Under the pieces are notes generated by a model. That model had not been told where the DNA came from and made no database searches. It saw nothing but the letters and a program-made list of their open reading frames with translations. This document shows positions 26,946 through 35,847 of a stretch of 49,426 nt of DNA, in pieces. Each line of letters starts with the position of its first letter. Within the stretch, counting starts at the first letter, position 1. A program made the translations under genes and the position numbers. This stretch comes from a virus. The stretch is from positions 1 through 49,426 of IMG/VR virus record IMGVR_UViG_3300035698_008779; one strand, given 5' to 3'.

Positions 26946-27875
26946 CTATGCGTTGCCGTCAACAGCCGGGAGTAACAGCCCAGAAGCGTCAGTCACGCCA
27001 AGTGCGTAGTTCTCAAAGCACATTGCACCAGTGATATCAATCGGCACTGCCGCAGCGATATCAAGATGCCCAATGAGATTTCGAGCCACAATACCGGAGT
27101 TATCTGCTTCAAGAGTCCCGATAAATACAGACCCCGAAGCGTTACCACGGCTAATGTAATTATCTGTAATAAGACAATTAGTAAGAGACTTACCCGTAGC
27201 TTCAATCACCGGTTCTGTACTGCTTATACCAAGGGTAAGGTAATTACCCTGAAGAATAAACCCATCGATATCCCCAGCGGTGGAATTAAGAAAACCATCC
27301 TCAGAGGTGTCCTTACCAAGTGCTCGGCAGTTTGTAATTTTCAACCCATCAGCTAAATTATCAGCAGGGCCAACAATGTAGTCAATAAAGTTTAAATCTG
27401 TATCAGACTGCGTGAATTTACACCCATCAAGCCAGAGATCTTTTGCGGCGAGATCAATACATTCAACAATATCAGCAAAGCCAGCGACGAAATTAATATT
27501 CCGGATTGTTACATTCGCCGCGGTGACATCAACATCTGCAGTCGCTGCGGTTGTAAGAGTTACCGTAGGTATCAAAGAACCGGTTCCAATTCCAACCACT
27601 GTAATGCCTATAACATCAAACACAAGCCCGGCAGCAGCGGCGACAACCTCTGCATGCCCCGGCATGACAACAATTACATCAGCTTTGCTCGCGGTACAGA
27701 GTCCTACCGCAGAATCAATAGTAGCTTTAGGGAAATCTGGGCTCGTGCCATCATAGGCAGAGCTACCAGTAACGGAAGACACATAGAAGTAGCTCCCGGT
27801 CGTAGTCGGAATTCCTGCCCCCATTACTGGGACTCCAAAAGAGGAGACCCCCTTAGGAAAATTAGTTAAACTCAT
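26946..27875 (-). CDS. Right-handed parallel beta-helix (pectate-lyase-fold) protein; capsid-associated fibre/decoration or polysaccharide-binding candidate
   Basis: Periodic ladders VTIRNINFVAG, LKITNCRALG, FILQGNYLTLG, CLITDNYISRG, IVARNLIGH. AGGAGGT 6 nt upstream. Directly follows the major capsid gene. Confidence 0.5.
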   Translation of the reverse strand: MSLTNFPKGVSSFGVPVMGAGIPTTTGSYFYVSSVTGSSAYDGTSPDFPKATIDSAVGLCTASKADVIVVMPGHAEVVAAAAGLVFDVIGITVVGIGTGSLIPTVTLTTAATADVDVTAANVTIRNINFVAGFADIVECIDLAAKDLWLDGCKFTQSDTDLNFIDYIVGPADNLADGLKITNCRALGKDTSEDGFLNSTAGDIDGFILQGNYLTLGISSTEPVIEATGKSLTNCLITDNYISRGNASGSVFIGTLEADNSGIVARNLIGHLDIAAAVPIDITGAMCFENYALGVTDASGLLLPAVDGNA

Positions 27876-27885
27876 AAATTACCTC

Positions 27886-28803
27886 CTAGGCTCCTGCGCT
27901 ACCGTACAACCCTTTCCAGTTCATTACAAACACTGCAAATCGCATAGTAACTTTGAAGAGCGCATTGCCGGTATAAAAGTCATCAGCAGATTCCATATTT
28001 GCCTGTTCTTTCCAGTAAAGCCGTGCATCGTGATCGGGGCTTATGAGAAACCAAGCATCTTCATCAGTGAGGTAACGGGAAGTCATAATCGACCAGTCAA
28101 CCACGTTATTGTCAGGAGAGACAACATTGATGTCGTTATTAGCTGCACCAACCACAAGGCCGGTTTGTCGGAGTTTCTCCGCGGTCCACTGTTCATTCGG
28201 GTGGATAAGGAGGTTACCTGCTGGCATCGTAATAGGCATACCCGTTTCATCTTCAAGGGCCCAGAAGTGTTCAAAAGCCGCACGGAGAGTGGTTTCAGAG
28301 AGATCAGCATCCGTAGTAGGAGTATTTGCAAGAGTTGCATCACCTGTGTAGAGCTGATCATGGGTAGTGTCGAATACGTAATCGCCATCCCAACAAGTCG
28401 TGGTGTCGAAGCCGTTATTAAACACAGTGTCAAAGAATATGACATCAGGTTTTATAGCCGCACTCTTTGCGAGCTTTTTCGGCATTTTTTCAAAGTTCCT
28501 AAAAAGGTCATCTTTGTGCATCTCTTGAGTGATCTGAAAACCCTTCGCATAAGCGGTGTAGTAGATCGTCTTACTATGTCCTTCAGACGGGAGATCAAAG
28601 ATAATAGAATCGCCCTCGTCCTTCGTTACAAGGTGCCCTAGTCCAGAAATCTCACTTTCCTGATAGTGGTTACCCGGAGGTGCATTTTTGATTTTCGCTA
28701 CCTTCGTGTAATCTCGTCCATAGTCTTCGTAATCGTCGAAGAAAATTTTATTCATATCACCGTCGAGGTGATTACTAAAAGCACCAGTATTAGCAATAGC
28801 CAT
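27886..28803 (-). CDS. Major capsid protein (HK97-fold type assumed)
   Basis: 305 aa. Position after portal, scaffold and decoration genes, strong SD, a terminator shortly downstream. No search was possible to confirm the fold. Confidence 0.7.
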   Translation of the reverse strand: MAIANTGAFSNHLDGDMNKIFFDDYEDYGRDYTKVAKIKNAPPGNHYQESEISGLGHLVTKDEGDSIIFDLPSEGHSKTIYYTAYAKGFQITQEMHKDDLFRNFEKMPKKLAKSAAIKPDVIFFDTVFNNGFDTTTCWDGDYVFDTTHDQLYTGDATLANTPTTDADLSETTLRAAFEHFWALEDETGMPITMPAGNLLIHPNEQWTAEKLRQTGLVVGAANNDINVVSPDNNVVDWSIMTSRYLTDEDAWFLISPDHDARLYWKEQANMESADDFYTGNALFKVTMRFAVFVMNWKGLYGSAGA

Positions 28804-28822
28804 GTGTTGTTACCCCCTAACC

Positions 28823-29305
28823 TTACTGCGCGTCTTCGAGACCAGTATAGCTGGATCTCGGGAAAGTCACATAAAGCCTCGTATGGGTGCCCCATGCGTC
28901 ATTTGGGTTCTTCTGAAGAATTTGGCAAACTGCCTCAGTTGTGCCGCTAGAGAGGATTTCCATAGCACCAGTACCGCCGGTAAAATCAACTGCAGTGTAG
29001 AGCAGAGCTTCGGTAACTGCGCCATCGCTCGAAGCAGTTTGTGCCTCAAAAACCGAACCTGCGAGTGCCGGGTACATTTTAATCGTACTAGATGCGCCAG
29101 CAGTAGTCGTCTTTGCCTCGGCTGCTACACCAAGCACAGAGCCAGAATCAGTTGCAGAGACAATTGCCTCACCACTAGTATGAAAGAGCAGATCCCCCTT
29201 TGCGATAGTCTGAGAAGTAGCAAGGGTTACAGTTTTCAACACCTCACCACCACCATTTAGATTCATAATAAACTTAAACCCTTTCGGGCCGTCTTGATTA
29301 GCCAT
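28823..29305 (-). CDS. Head decoration-like protein (160 aa)
   Basis: Small G/A/T/S-rich beta protein immediately upstream of the capsid gene, as with lambda gpD or DUF2190-type proteins. AGGAGG upstream. Confidence 0.4.
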   Translation of the reverse strand: MANQDGPKGFKFIMNLNGGGEVLKTVTLATSQTIAKGDLLFHTSGEAIVSATDSGSVLGVAAEAKTTTAGASSTIKMYPALAGSVFEAQTASSDGAVTEALLYTAVDFTGGTGAMEILSSGTTEAVCQILQKNPNDAWGTHTRLYVTFPRSSYTGLEDAQ

Positions 29306-29324
29306 TCTATAGGCCTCCTAAATG

Positions 29325-30092
29325 TTAACGTTTAATGGTTTGACCCTTAGAGTCAGTCTGCGGCGTAAACTGCGCCCGTTGACTCTTCACGGGGTCATAG
29401 ACTCCATCCGGATTAATAGAGGAAATATCACTCTCTACTTGGGCTCCAATGCCGCTAGAACGCTTGAGACCACGCTCTCGCTTAGCTACCTGTCGCGTTG
29501 CATAGACTACTTTCGGTATAGCCATGAGAATAGATTCATCCTCACCGCCAGCCGTAAGCTTCTTCAGCCCGCTGGGTGTGGAGTCCGCAGTGCGAATCCC
29601 ACCGTCTTTAACCACTTCATAACCTTCACGGGAATGCTGGTGGATTTTATCAGTCCGGCTCCAGCGATATTCCATATCAGGCCGCTTCCCTTCGACTTCG
29701 GTTCTCGAAGAGGCTTTGGCGTAACGTCCTGTGATTTGGATTTCACTCAAATCAGGCATTTCGTCCTCGCCGATTCGGTATTCCCAGTCGCCCTTAGCGA
29801 GGGAGTATCGATCACGATTCGACTTAGAGAGCTCCCGGAGGGAAGCTTGATCTAAGCGGAGGAAAGTGTTGACGCCATCGTCGAACTGCAGCTTTCGCCC
29901 ATCGTTGTCGTAGGATAGCACATCGGCGAGTGGAGTGTCAATGGTGATGGTAACGAAGGGGAGGTCAAGGGGTGGGGTAGGTGGGGTAGGGGTAGGGGTA
30001 GGGGCAACCGAAGGCTCTACAGGAATTTCGAGCTTAGCAACCGGAGCCGGTACTACCTCTTCGTCTGTCCATGTCGTGTCGTTGTTACTCAT
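29325..30092 (-). CDS. Head-module protein of unknown function with a PT-rich linker (255 aa)
   Basis: ATGA overlap with the scaffold gene. APTPTPTPPTPP linker. No protease motif recognised. Confidence 0.55.
   Translation of the reverse strand: MSNNDTTWTDEEVVPAPVAKLEIPVEPSVAPTPTPTPPTPPLDLPFVTITIDTPLADVLSYDNDGRKLQFDDGVNTFLRLDQASLRELSKSNRDRYSLAKGDWEYRIGEDEMPDLSEIQITGRYAKASSRTEVEGKRPDMEYRWSRTDKIHQHSREGYEVVKDGGIRTADSTPSGLKKLTAGGEDESILMAIPKVVYATRQVAKRERGLKRSSGIGAQVESDISSINPDGVYDPVKSQRAQFTPQTDSKGQTIKR
29958..30004 (+). repeat. G-run cluster (seven GGGG runs, including GGGGTA x3) on the plus strand, encoding the PT linker on the minus strand
   Basis: ggggaggtcaaggggtggggtaggtggggtaggggtaggggtagggg read directly from the sequence. 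Confidence 0.9.
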
Positions 30093-30982
30093 ATCAGTCC
30101 TTGTCTCCTTGCTTTGTTAATACCTGCTTGCTTCTCAGAGAGCCCGATAGCAAATGCCTTTTGTTTCTCTTCCGGAGAGAGCTCCACGGTGACTTTCTTC
30201 TTCACCCCGGGATTCGGGGCTGCATTGATCCCCGTCTCAGCGAAGGTAGCGGTGTTTGCGGGTAAGGGGGCTGCGAGCTTCCCATTGGCTTTATCAATCG
30301 CGATAGCGACCTTCTCAGCTACGATGTCGTCGATGTTCTTGACCATAACGCGCTGGTAGGCCTTCTGGTACACCTCGGGGTCATAAAGGCGTTCTTGGGG
30401 CGGCATAGCGGCGACCTCACGGTCAATATCCGCTTTGTACTTCGCGTACACGGGGCCTTTTTCTACATCCTGCTCGAGGAACTTCTGGGACATATAGGTG
30501 TTATTCGCCGAGAGACGTTGTACTTCCGGAGCAAGTTTCCGCGCCATGAGTTCATCCATGGCCTTCTCAGGGTCGTCATAGAATGTGGATTTGATGCGTT
30601 CTTTGAAGTCTACATCGTTTTCCTGCGGTTGCTGAGGGCGGTTCTGGAGGGTACCAATAGCCTGCATCTGCTCCGCGGTGATACCCCCCGTCATGGATTG
30701 CTTGAGGTTCGCGACCTCGGCTTGCAGCTCCTCCGTGGTGGGGCCAGCGGCTACCGTCCCGGCAGCGAGTTGGTCCTTCATAGTCTGCATATCAGCTATG
30801 AGATCCTCCCGGGACTTGGTGGCGAAATCGCCCTCAGCGGCAACCCTCGCTGCCTCTGCTGTTTGTGGATCGACTATTTCCACCTCTAGATCTTCAAATG
30901 TGATCTCCGGGGGCACAATAGGTGCTGGATCGGAAAACCACTGCAGGTGAATGTTATCAAACCTGCGCTTTACGTTGTTCAT
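30089..30982 (-). CDS. Scaffolding protein (297 aa)
   Basis: Helical, charged, Q/A/E/K-rich. Lies between the portal and capsid genes. AAGGAG 8 nt upstream. Confidence 0.6.
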   Translation of the reverse strand: MNNVKRRFDNIHLQWFSDPAPIVPPEITFEDLEVEIVDPQTAEAARVAAEGDFATKSREDLIADMQTMKDQLAAGTVAAGPTTEELQAEVANLKQSMTGGITAEQMQAIGTLQNRPQQPQENDVDFKERIKSTFYDDPEKAMDELMARKLAPEVQRLSANNTYMSQKFLEQDVEKGPVYAKYKADIDREVAAMPPQERLYDPEVYQKAYQRVMVKNIDDIVAEKVAIAIDKANGKLAAPLPANTATFAETGINAAPNPGVKKKVTVELSPEEKQKAFAIGLSEKQAGINKARRQGLI

Positions 30983-31034
30983 CTCGAATGCTCCTTTTAA
31001 TGGTTTCTATATGGGTGTCTATTAGGTCTAGCAT
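30957..31034 (-). CDS. Possible mini-ORF (25 aa) in the portal-scaffold gap; part of a longer 91-aa frame overlapping the portal 3' end
   Basis: AAGGAG 8 nt upstream of the ATG at 31034. MLDLIDTHIETIKRSIRDEQRKAQV. Confidence 0.25.
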   Translation of the reverse strand: MLDLIDTHIETIKRSIRDEQRKAQV

Positions 31035-31062
31035 GATAAGAGCTCCTTGGGCTCTGTATACC

Positions 31063-33090
31063 TCATGCACCGGCATCGCTTGCGTTAAGTTCCTGTACTC
31101 GCTCTGCCTGAGAGGGAGGAGTATCCGCTCCTTGAGGTCCCGCCATGCCCTGCTGCTGAGCATTTCCATCAGCCCCGCTAGTTGCGGTTGGCTTAAGGGT
31201 TCCTGAGGGTTGTTGCTGTCGAATGCTTCCAAGTTGTTGCTCCTTCATGAGGTCCATCTGGGCCATCATTAATTCCATGTCTTTATAGAAAGGTAAGTAA
31301 GAATCTGCATTGCGTTCTTCGAAGTGGTCGAAGATGGCTTCCATGAGTTTAGTTCCACCGACATAAAACTCCGCGGCGAGTTCTTTCATTTTCGGGGTAG
31401 CCTCAGGAGATTCCATCATCTGCGCGAGCATGAACATCTTTTCACCATACATAGAATACAGGTTAAAAAGCATCATCTTTTGCTCAATTTTGGCGTCATT
31501 GGTATCTGAGGCATCGGTGGTTTCAACCCGGAAAGAAAACACCGTCGGAATGTCTTCGACATTAAGGGCGAGGATTTCCTCAAAGATCTTTTGGTCACCT
31601 TCCGAGAGCATAGGGAGAATAGAAGCACGGGACTTGTCGGCATTTTTTACGAGCTGGAAAGCTGCGAGCTGGCCGATTTCTGCATAGGCTTCTTCGATGT
31701 TCTCAATGAGTGCCGAGGAGACCTTTTCATTCTGAGAGGCGAGGAAGAGCGTGCCCTTAGCGGTAGCACGAGTGCCGATAGCTTTGTTCTCGAAGCCCAT
31801 CTGGGCATCAGGGAGTTGATTTGCCCGGTCGTTGTACTCCTTCGCCATCATCTCGGCTTGGATGGACTCGTAGCCGACTCCGGGGAAACGGATCGGTTGG
31901 AAGTCCTTCACGTCGTCCACGTCGATTTGTTTAAGAGGCCGGAATTCTTCCTCAACTCCATTAAGAGAGTTTGGGCCTCGTCGTCGGACGTACATTTGAA
32001 GCGATGCGATGTGGGTCGCATCCACTCGCATATTGTGTATTGCGTCAATTTCATCCTGCATTGGCTCTGAGATCCAGCCGGTCCCGAGTGCGTACAGTTG
32101 GTAGGGCAAAGAAATAAAGGGGATTCTAACGATAGGTCGTATGGATAGGTCATTGTATTCGATCCGTAAGAGTGATTGAGATTCAGGATGAAGCCAGAGA
32201 ACGAGATCTTCGGGAATACCATCGCCGTCGATATCCCAGTACACATAACATTCCACAATTTCGTACATCTTAGTATCAGAGGAGATATCAATTCCTTGCC
32301 GAGAGAGATCCGCGGTGTGGTTTTCGTCCAGCACAGCTTGGTTACCGGCGAGAACGGTTTCTACTGCTTCCTCTGCGTAGATGCCCTGTTGCATACGCTG
32401 AAGGAGCTCGTGTTCCATGAGGTAAATACGATGGCCGATCCAAGGTGCGCGTTGGATATCGTACCAGTAGGGTCGTGTGAGGAAGTCTTCCATGCGAATG
32501 GGGATAACAGCAGGGGAGTTATGTCGTACACGAGAGACGACTTCAGTAGCTCCTGTGGCATTACGGCGCTTAAAGGTCACGGCATCTGTGAGCCACGGGA
32601 TTTTCACAAACTGCGTCCCCATACGGGCGACATCATAGAATATCGTATTATTCACCTGCCGGAGGTTTAAGTGATCCTTAGACTCGGCCATGATGTTGAG
32701 GACTTTGGTAAGGACGCGAGCGTGGTCCTCGTTGCCCTTAACGTCTGTGATTTTCCAAAAGTCATTCCGGTTGCCGAAGATGTTCTTCAACATGGCAAAG
32801 ATACCATGGGTAGAGGTCATAGTAATAGGGACTGTTACATTACTCGCTCCGTCCCATGGGTAGGTTTTGCGCTCTTGCTCGGGGCGGCCTTCGGAAATAC
32901 GACGCCACTTGGCCCATTTCTTCTCCATAGTACCGCGTTCTTCTCCGGAGGTAACGGAGTTGATTTCAGTAGTAAGGTACTCGGTGAGAAGCTTCTGATC
33001 CTCCTCCGAGGCGAACATCCCGTCCTGTACGGGTTCAATGCCGAGATTGATATTCGCGTCGAGATTAAATTCCTGCGTGTCGTTTGCCAT
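31063..33090 (-). CDS. Portal protein (675 aa)
   Basis: Size and position immediately downstream of the large terminase. AAGGAG 6 nt upstream. Disordered Q/G-rich C-terminal tail. Confidence 0.75.
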   Translation of the reverse strand: MANDTQEFNLDANINLGIEPVQDGMFASEEDQKLLTEYLTTEINSVTSGEERGTMEKKWAKWRRISEGRPEQERKTYPWDGASNVTVPITMTSTHGIFAMLKNIFGNRNDFWKITDVKGNEDHARVLTKVLNIMAESKDHLNLRQVNNTIFYDVARMGTQFVKIPWLTDAVTFKRRNATGATEVVSRVRHNSPAVIPIRMEDFLTRPYWYDIQRAPWIGHRIYLMEHELLQRMQQGIYAEEAVETVLAGNQAVLDENHTADLSRQGIDISSDTKMYEIVECYVYWDIDGDGIPEDLVLWLHPESQSLLRIEYNDLSIRPIVRIPFISLPYQLYALGTGWISEPMQDEIDAIHNMRVDATHIASLQMYVRRRGPNSLNGVEEEFRPLKQIDVDDVKDFQPIRFPGVGYESIQAEMMAKEYNDRANQLPDAQMGFENKAIGTRATAKGTLFLASQNEKVSSALIENIEEAYAEIGQLAAFQLVKNADKSRASILPMLSEGDQKIFEEILALNVEDIPTVFSFRVETTDASDTNDAKIEQKMMLFNLYSMYGEKMFMLAQMMESPEATPKMKELAAEFYVGGTKLMEAIFDHFEERNADSYLPFYKDMELMMAQMDLMKEQQLGSIRQQQPSGTLKPTATSGADGNAQQQGMAGPQGADTPPSQAERVQELNASDAGA

Positions 33091-33101
33091 GAGTGCTCCT
33101 T

Positions 33102-34853
33102 TTAGTAACCCGTTAGGTTACTTGTTCGGTTTTTCCATCGTTGGGTCTGAAGGGCTCGGACTTCGAGCTCCTCCGGGGAAATGGGTTTAATAGAGTTCTT
33201 AACCCCACTAGAGATTGCATCGAGTATGTCCTTTTTAGAACTGCTAGGGAACCCACGAGACTCCTCGAGGACGGCATTCATATACACCTCATTGATATAG
33301 AGGTTCTTACGTTGAAGGATAGGGCCGAGCTCATTGCGTATGCGAGCGTCTTTATCACCAATGGCAGCAAAGGGCCGGAGGTGGAGGTAGATCTGCTTGT
33401 CGTGCTCAAGGCGGTTGAGAATGGGGCTTAGTACCTTGAAACCCGCATTGGACTCGAGATACGTGGAGCGAAGGTATCGACCATAGGTGACGGCGAAGTC
33501 AAACATCCACTCGAACATCGTGTTGGGGTCAACGTAATCGGCCTTCATGTCAAACACGACATGGCGACCGGACCAATGCGTCCCGAGCATCACCACCGCG
33601 GACTTCGAAGTCTTCGCGGAGATGTATCTCTCCGTGCCTGCAGGGTCAACTGCCATAAGGACATCGAACTCGGAGAGAGGCCGCTCAGCGTCGTAACCGT
33701 GCCCTTCTGGGTCGAATTCCCTCCATGTGACCCAGTATTCGTTATTATGGGTAGTAAGCCCCGAGGTCTGGAGGGGGAAGTCGATAAATTCGGCTAACCC
33801 ACTGCTTTGTGGGTTATTCTCATACTGTGTCGCCCATGTCCACCAGTCGTCCTCGGCGATCTGTTGGAAGTCCTCTAGGGAGAATCTTTCAGGAAAAATT
33901 GGCTGATTATCTTCAATAGCCTGACGGTAGTAAATACTCCATTGGCCTTTTTCCTTTGCCTCGAACCCCGGCATAGGATATCCAAGCACTCGATAGGCAC
34001 GGTCAATAATATCAGCATACAGATCATCAACAGCATAACGAGTCCCAACGACAAACGACCAAGAGCTTTGAGGAGATATAAAAAGACTCGGGAGGTTTGT
34101 CCAAAACCAATTTTTAATGTTCTCCATCTCGGTACCCGAGGCTCGCATTGCATTGAGGACCTTTTCGCCGAATGGGTCGTCGAGGACGTGACCAGAGTGG
34201 TGCATGCCCTCCGCAGATCCCCCAGCGCCCCCGGGCAATACGGTTGGTTCTCGAAAGGTCTTAGTTCTATCGGGGCGAACGATCTCTTTGTCGTTCCAAC
34301 GTTTAGCATTAGGTTCGGGAACCCCCTCAGGGTAGAGGGCAGCGAAGAATATGTTAGAATCGTGGATGGATTTGATGGTGTGCATGAAGTTGTGGGCTCG
34401 GTCACTTGTTGCTCCAGATATTCGTATTCGTTCATTCGGGTCGCGGTTGATGAGCCACGCGGTGCCGCCTTCGGTAGTGCATGTGCTCTTAAAGTGGCTC
34501 CTCGGGATGTACATAGCAGCGCGTTTCCCGGGTAGGGTGTTCTCCTGCCAGAAGTTGCACATATCCATATGCAAATGGGGAGTTAGACTCTCGAAGGGCC
34601 CGGAGTAAGCTGCAATGACTTTTAAAAAGAACCAGAGGTTCACGAATCCGGCCTGCCGCAGGACTTCGCGAAACGTCGTGGTATTTGGATAGTTGCCGGT
34701 TTGCACTTCTGCGAGGACTTGTTTGAGTACTAACTCCCCATCGGGGGCGGAGAACAGCGGAGCCTTAGGGTGTGGGGTGATTACGGGGGAAATCGGGACA
34801 GGGGGTAGCAGGTCCTCCGGGGCTTTGGGGGTGATGAGGAGTTTCTTGGCCAT
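33102..34853 (-). CDS. terL: Terminase large subunit
   Basis: 583 aa. YIPRSHFKSTCTT (ATPase P-loop-like), VLDDPFGE (Walker B-like), MAVDPAGT (nuclease-domain Asp). TAATG coupling to the upstream gene. Confidence 0.85.
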   Translation of the reverse strand: MAKKLLITPKAPEDLLPPVPISPVITPHPKAPLFSAPDGELVLKQVLAEVQTGNYPNTTTFREVLRQAGFVNLWFFLKVIAAYSGPFESLTPHLHMDMCNFWQENTLPGKRAAMYIPRSHFKSTCTTEGGTAWLINRDPNERIRISGATSDRAHNFMHTIKSIHDSNIFFAALYPEGVPEPNAKRWNDKEIVRPDRTKTFREPTVLPGGAGGSAEGMHHSGHVLDDPFGEKVLNAMRASGTEMENIKNWFWTNLPSLFISPQSSWSFVVGTRYAVDDLYADIIDRAYRVLGYPMPGFEAKEKGQWSIYYRQAIEDNQPIFPERFSLEDFQQIAEDDWWTWATQYENNPQSSGLAEFIDFPLQTSGLTTHNNEYWVTWREFDPEGHGYDAERPLSEFDVLMAVDPAGTERYISAKTSKSAVVMLGTHWSGRHVVFDMKADYVDPNTMFEWMFDFAVTYGRYLRSTYLESNAGFKVLSPILNRLEHDKQIYLHLRPFAAIGDKDARIRNELGPILQRKNLYINEVYMNAVLEESRGFPSSSKKDILDAISSGVKNSIKPISPEELEVRALQTQRWKNRTSNLTGY

Positions 34854-35305
34854 TACTCACCAGCCTCCCACGTAGGAATTGCTTCCCGGGGGGTAATTCG
34901 GGGTACGGGAGGAACGAGGGTGGGGGTAAGGAAGGATTTTTCATCATTTGCTCCTATAAGGGCTCCAAGGCCCTCTTTTGCGGACTCTAGCATCTTCATA
35001 TCGAAGTTAATAGCAATACCCGGGGTGGAGGAAGCGGCATTAAGTTTAGGATTAAGGCCGATTATGTCCATTACCCGGTCGGCTGCATGGCGAGCATTGG
35101 TGGGGTCAGTGGTCACCTTCGCCATAAGGGCAAGGTACACCTCAATGGCCTTGTCACCGAGAATATTTTTTACATACGCCTTGACTTCATCCGGGGGGAG
35201 GCCCCCGAGTATGGAGGCTTCCGGGTTTTCCGGGTTGCTACTACCTTGTTCCATTACTCGGAGGGTATCATGCCTTGGGCTTCCTTTGCTACCCTTGGGG
35301 GTCAC
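34853..35305 (-). CDS. Putative terminase small subunit (start uncertain: GTG at 35305 or ATG at 35254)
   Basis: First gene of the late arm. Its stop overlaps the terL start. About 150 aa. No motif recognised. Confidence 0.4.
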   Translation of the reverse strand: MTPKGSKGSPRHDTLRVMEQGSSNPENPEASILGGLPPDEVKAYVKNILGDKAIEVYLALMAKVTTDPTNARHAADRVMDIIGLNPKLNAASSTPGIAINFDMKMLESAKEGLGALIGANDEKSFLTPTLVPPVPRITPREAIPTWEAGE

Positions 35306-35478
35306 GCGAAATGTAAACCTACCTTGTTTTTGGGCCCCATAATGCCTTGACCATTAGCCCGCCCGCGCGTAGGGTTTTCCGAATTCATATAGAGAAAGTC
35401 GCATATAAGGGTTTCCATATGTAATTGATCAAAGGAATGATTGAATGAAGGGAGTGGAGAGGATGGAGGGAATGGAGA

Positions 35479-35580
35479 GTGTACAATAAAGGATACACCC
35501 GAGAGGTAAAATCACCACAAGTGGGTCAGAATGACACAGTGGGTCAAAGTGACCCAGAGGTGTGCACAAAAGGATACACC
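35479..35580. repeat. Two 21-bp boxes (35479..35499, 35560..35580) flanking two tandem 15-bp GTGGGTCA-type repeats (35521..35535, 35539..35553)
   Basis: GTGTACAATAAAGGATACACC vs GTGTGCACAAAAGGATACACC (18/21 identical). GTGGGTCAGAATGAC vs GTGGGTCAAAGTGAC. Palindrome GGGTCA-AAG-TGACCC at 35541..35555. Confidence 0.85.
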
Positions 35581-35809
35581 TCATGTACGTGAAAGCGTAC
35601 CCCGCACTATGGGAAATATGCGGAAATAGACGACTATGGGAACTATACCCGCTTCCGTCTCTTGGAGAGATTAAGCTTGAAAAAGGTCCAGTCTCTCCAA
35701 CACCTCCAGTCTCTCTCATTCAAGGTTAATCTCTCCTCTAATACTAATAAATATATAGAGTATATATAGTATATAAGCATAGTAAGTGAAGGGCACACGG
35801 GAAAGCGTA

Positions 35810-35847
35810 ATGTGTGAGATATGTGGGGAATGTGGGGTATGTGAGAT
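35810..35847. repeat. Four tandem 9-11 bp ATGTG repeats
   Basis: ATGTGTGAGAT ATGTGGGGA ATGTGGGGT ATGTGAGAT. Confidence 0.85.

Noticed and set aside
35810-35847. Possible mini CRISPR array or other spacer-repeat structure.
   Set aside because: The repeats are only 9-11 bp, are directly abutting with no spacers, and no cas genes are present.
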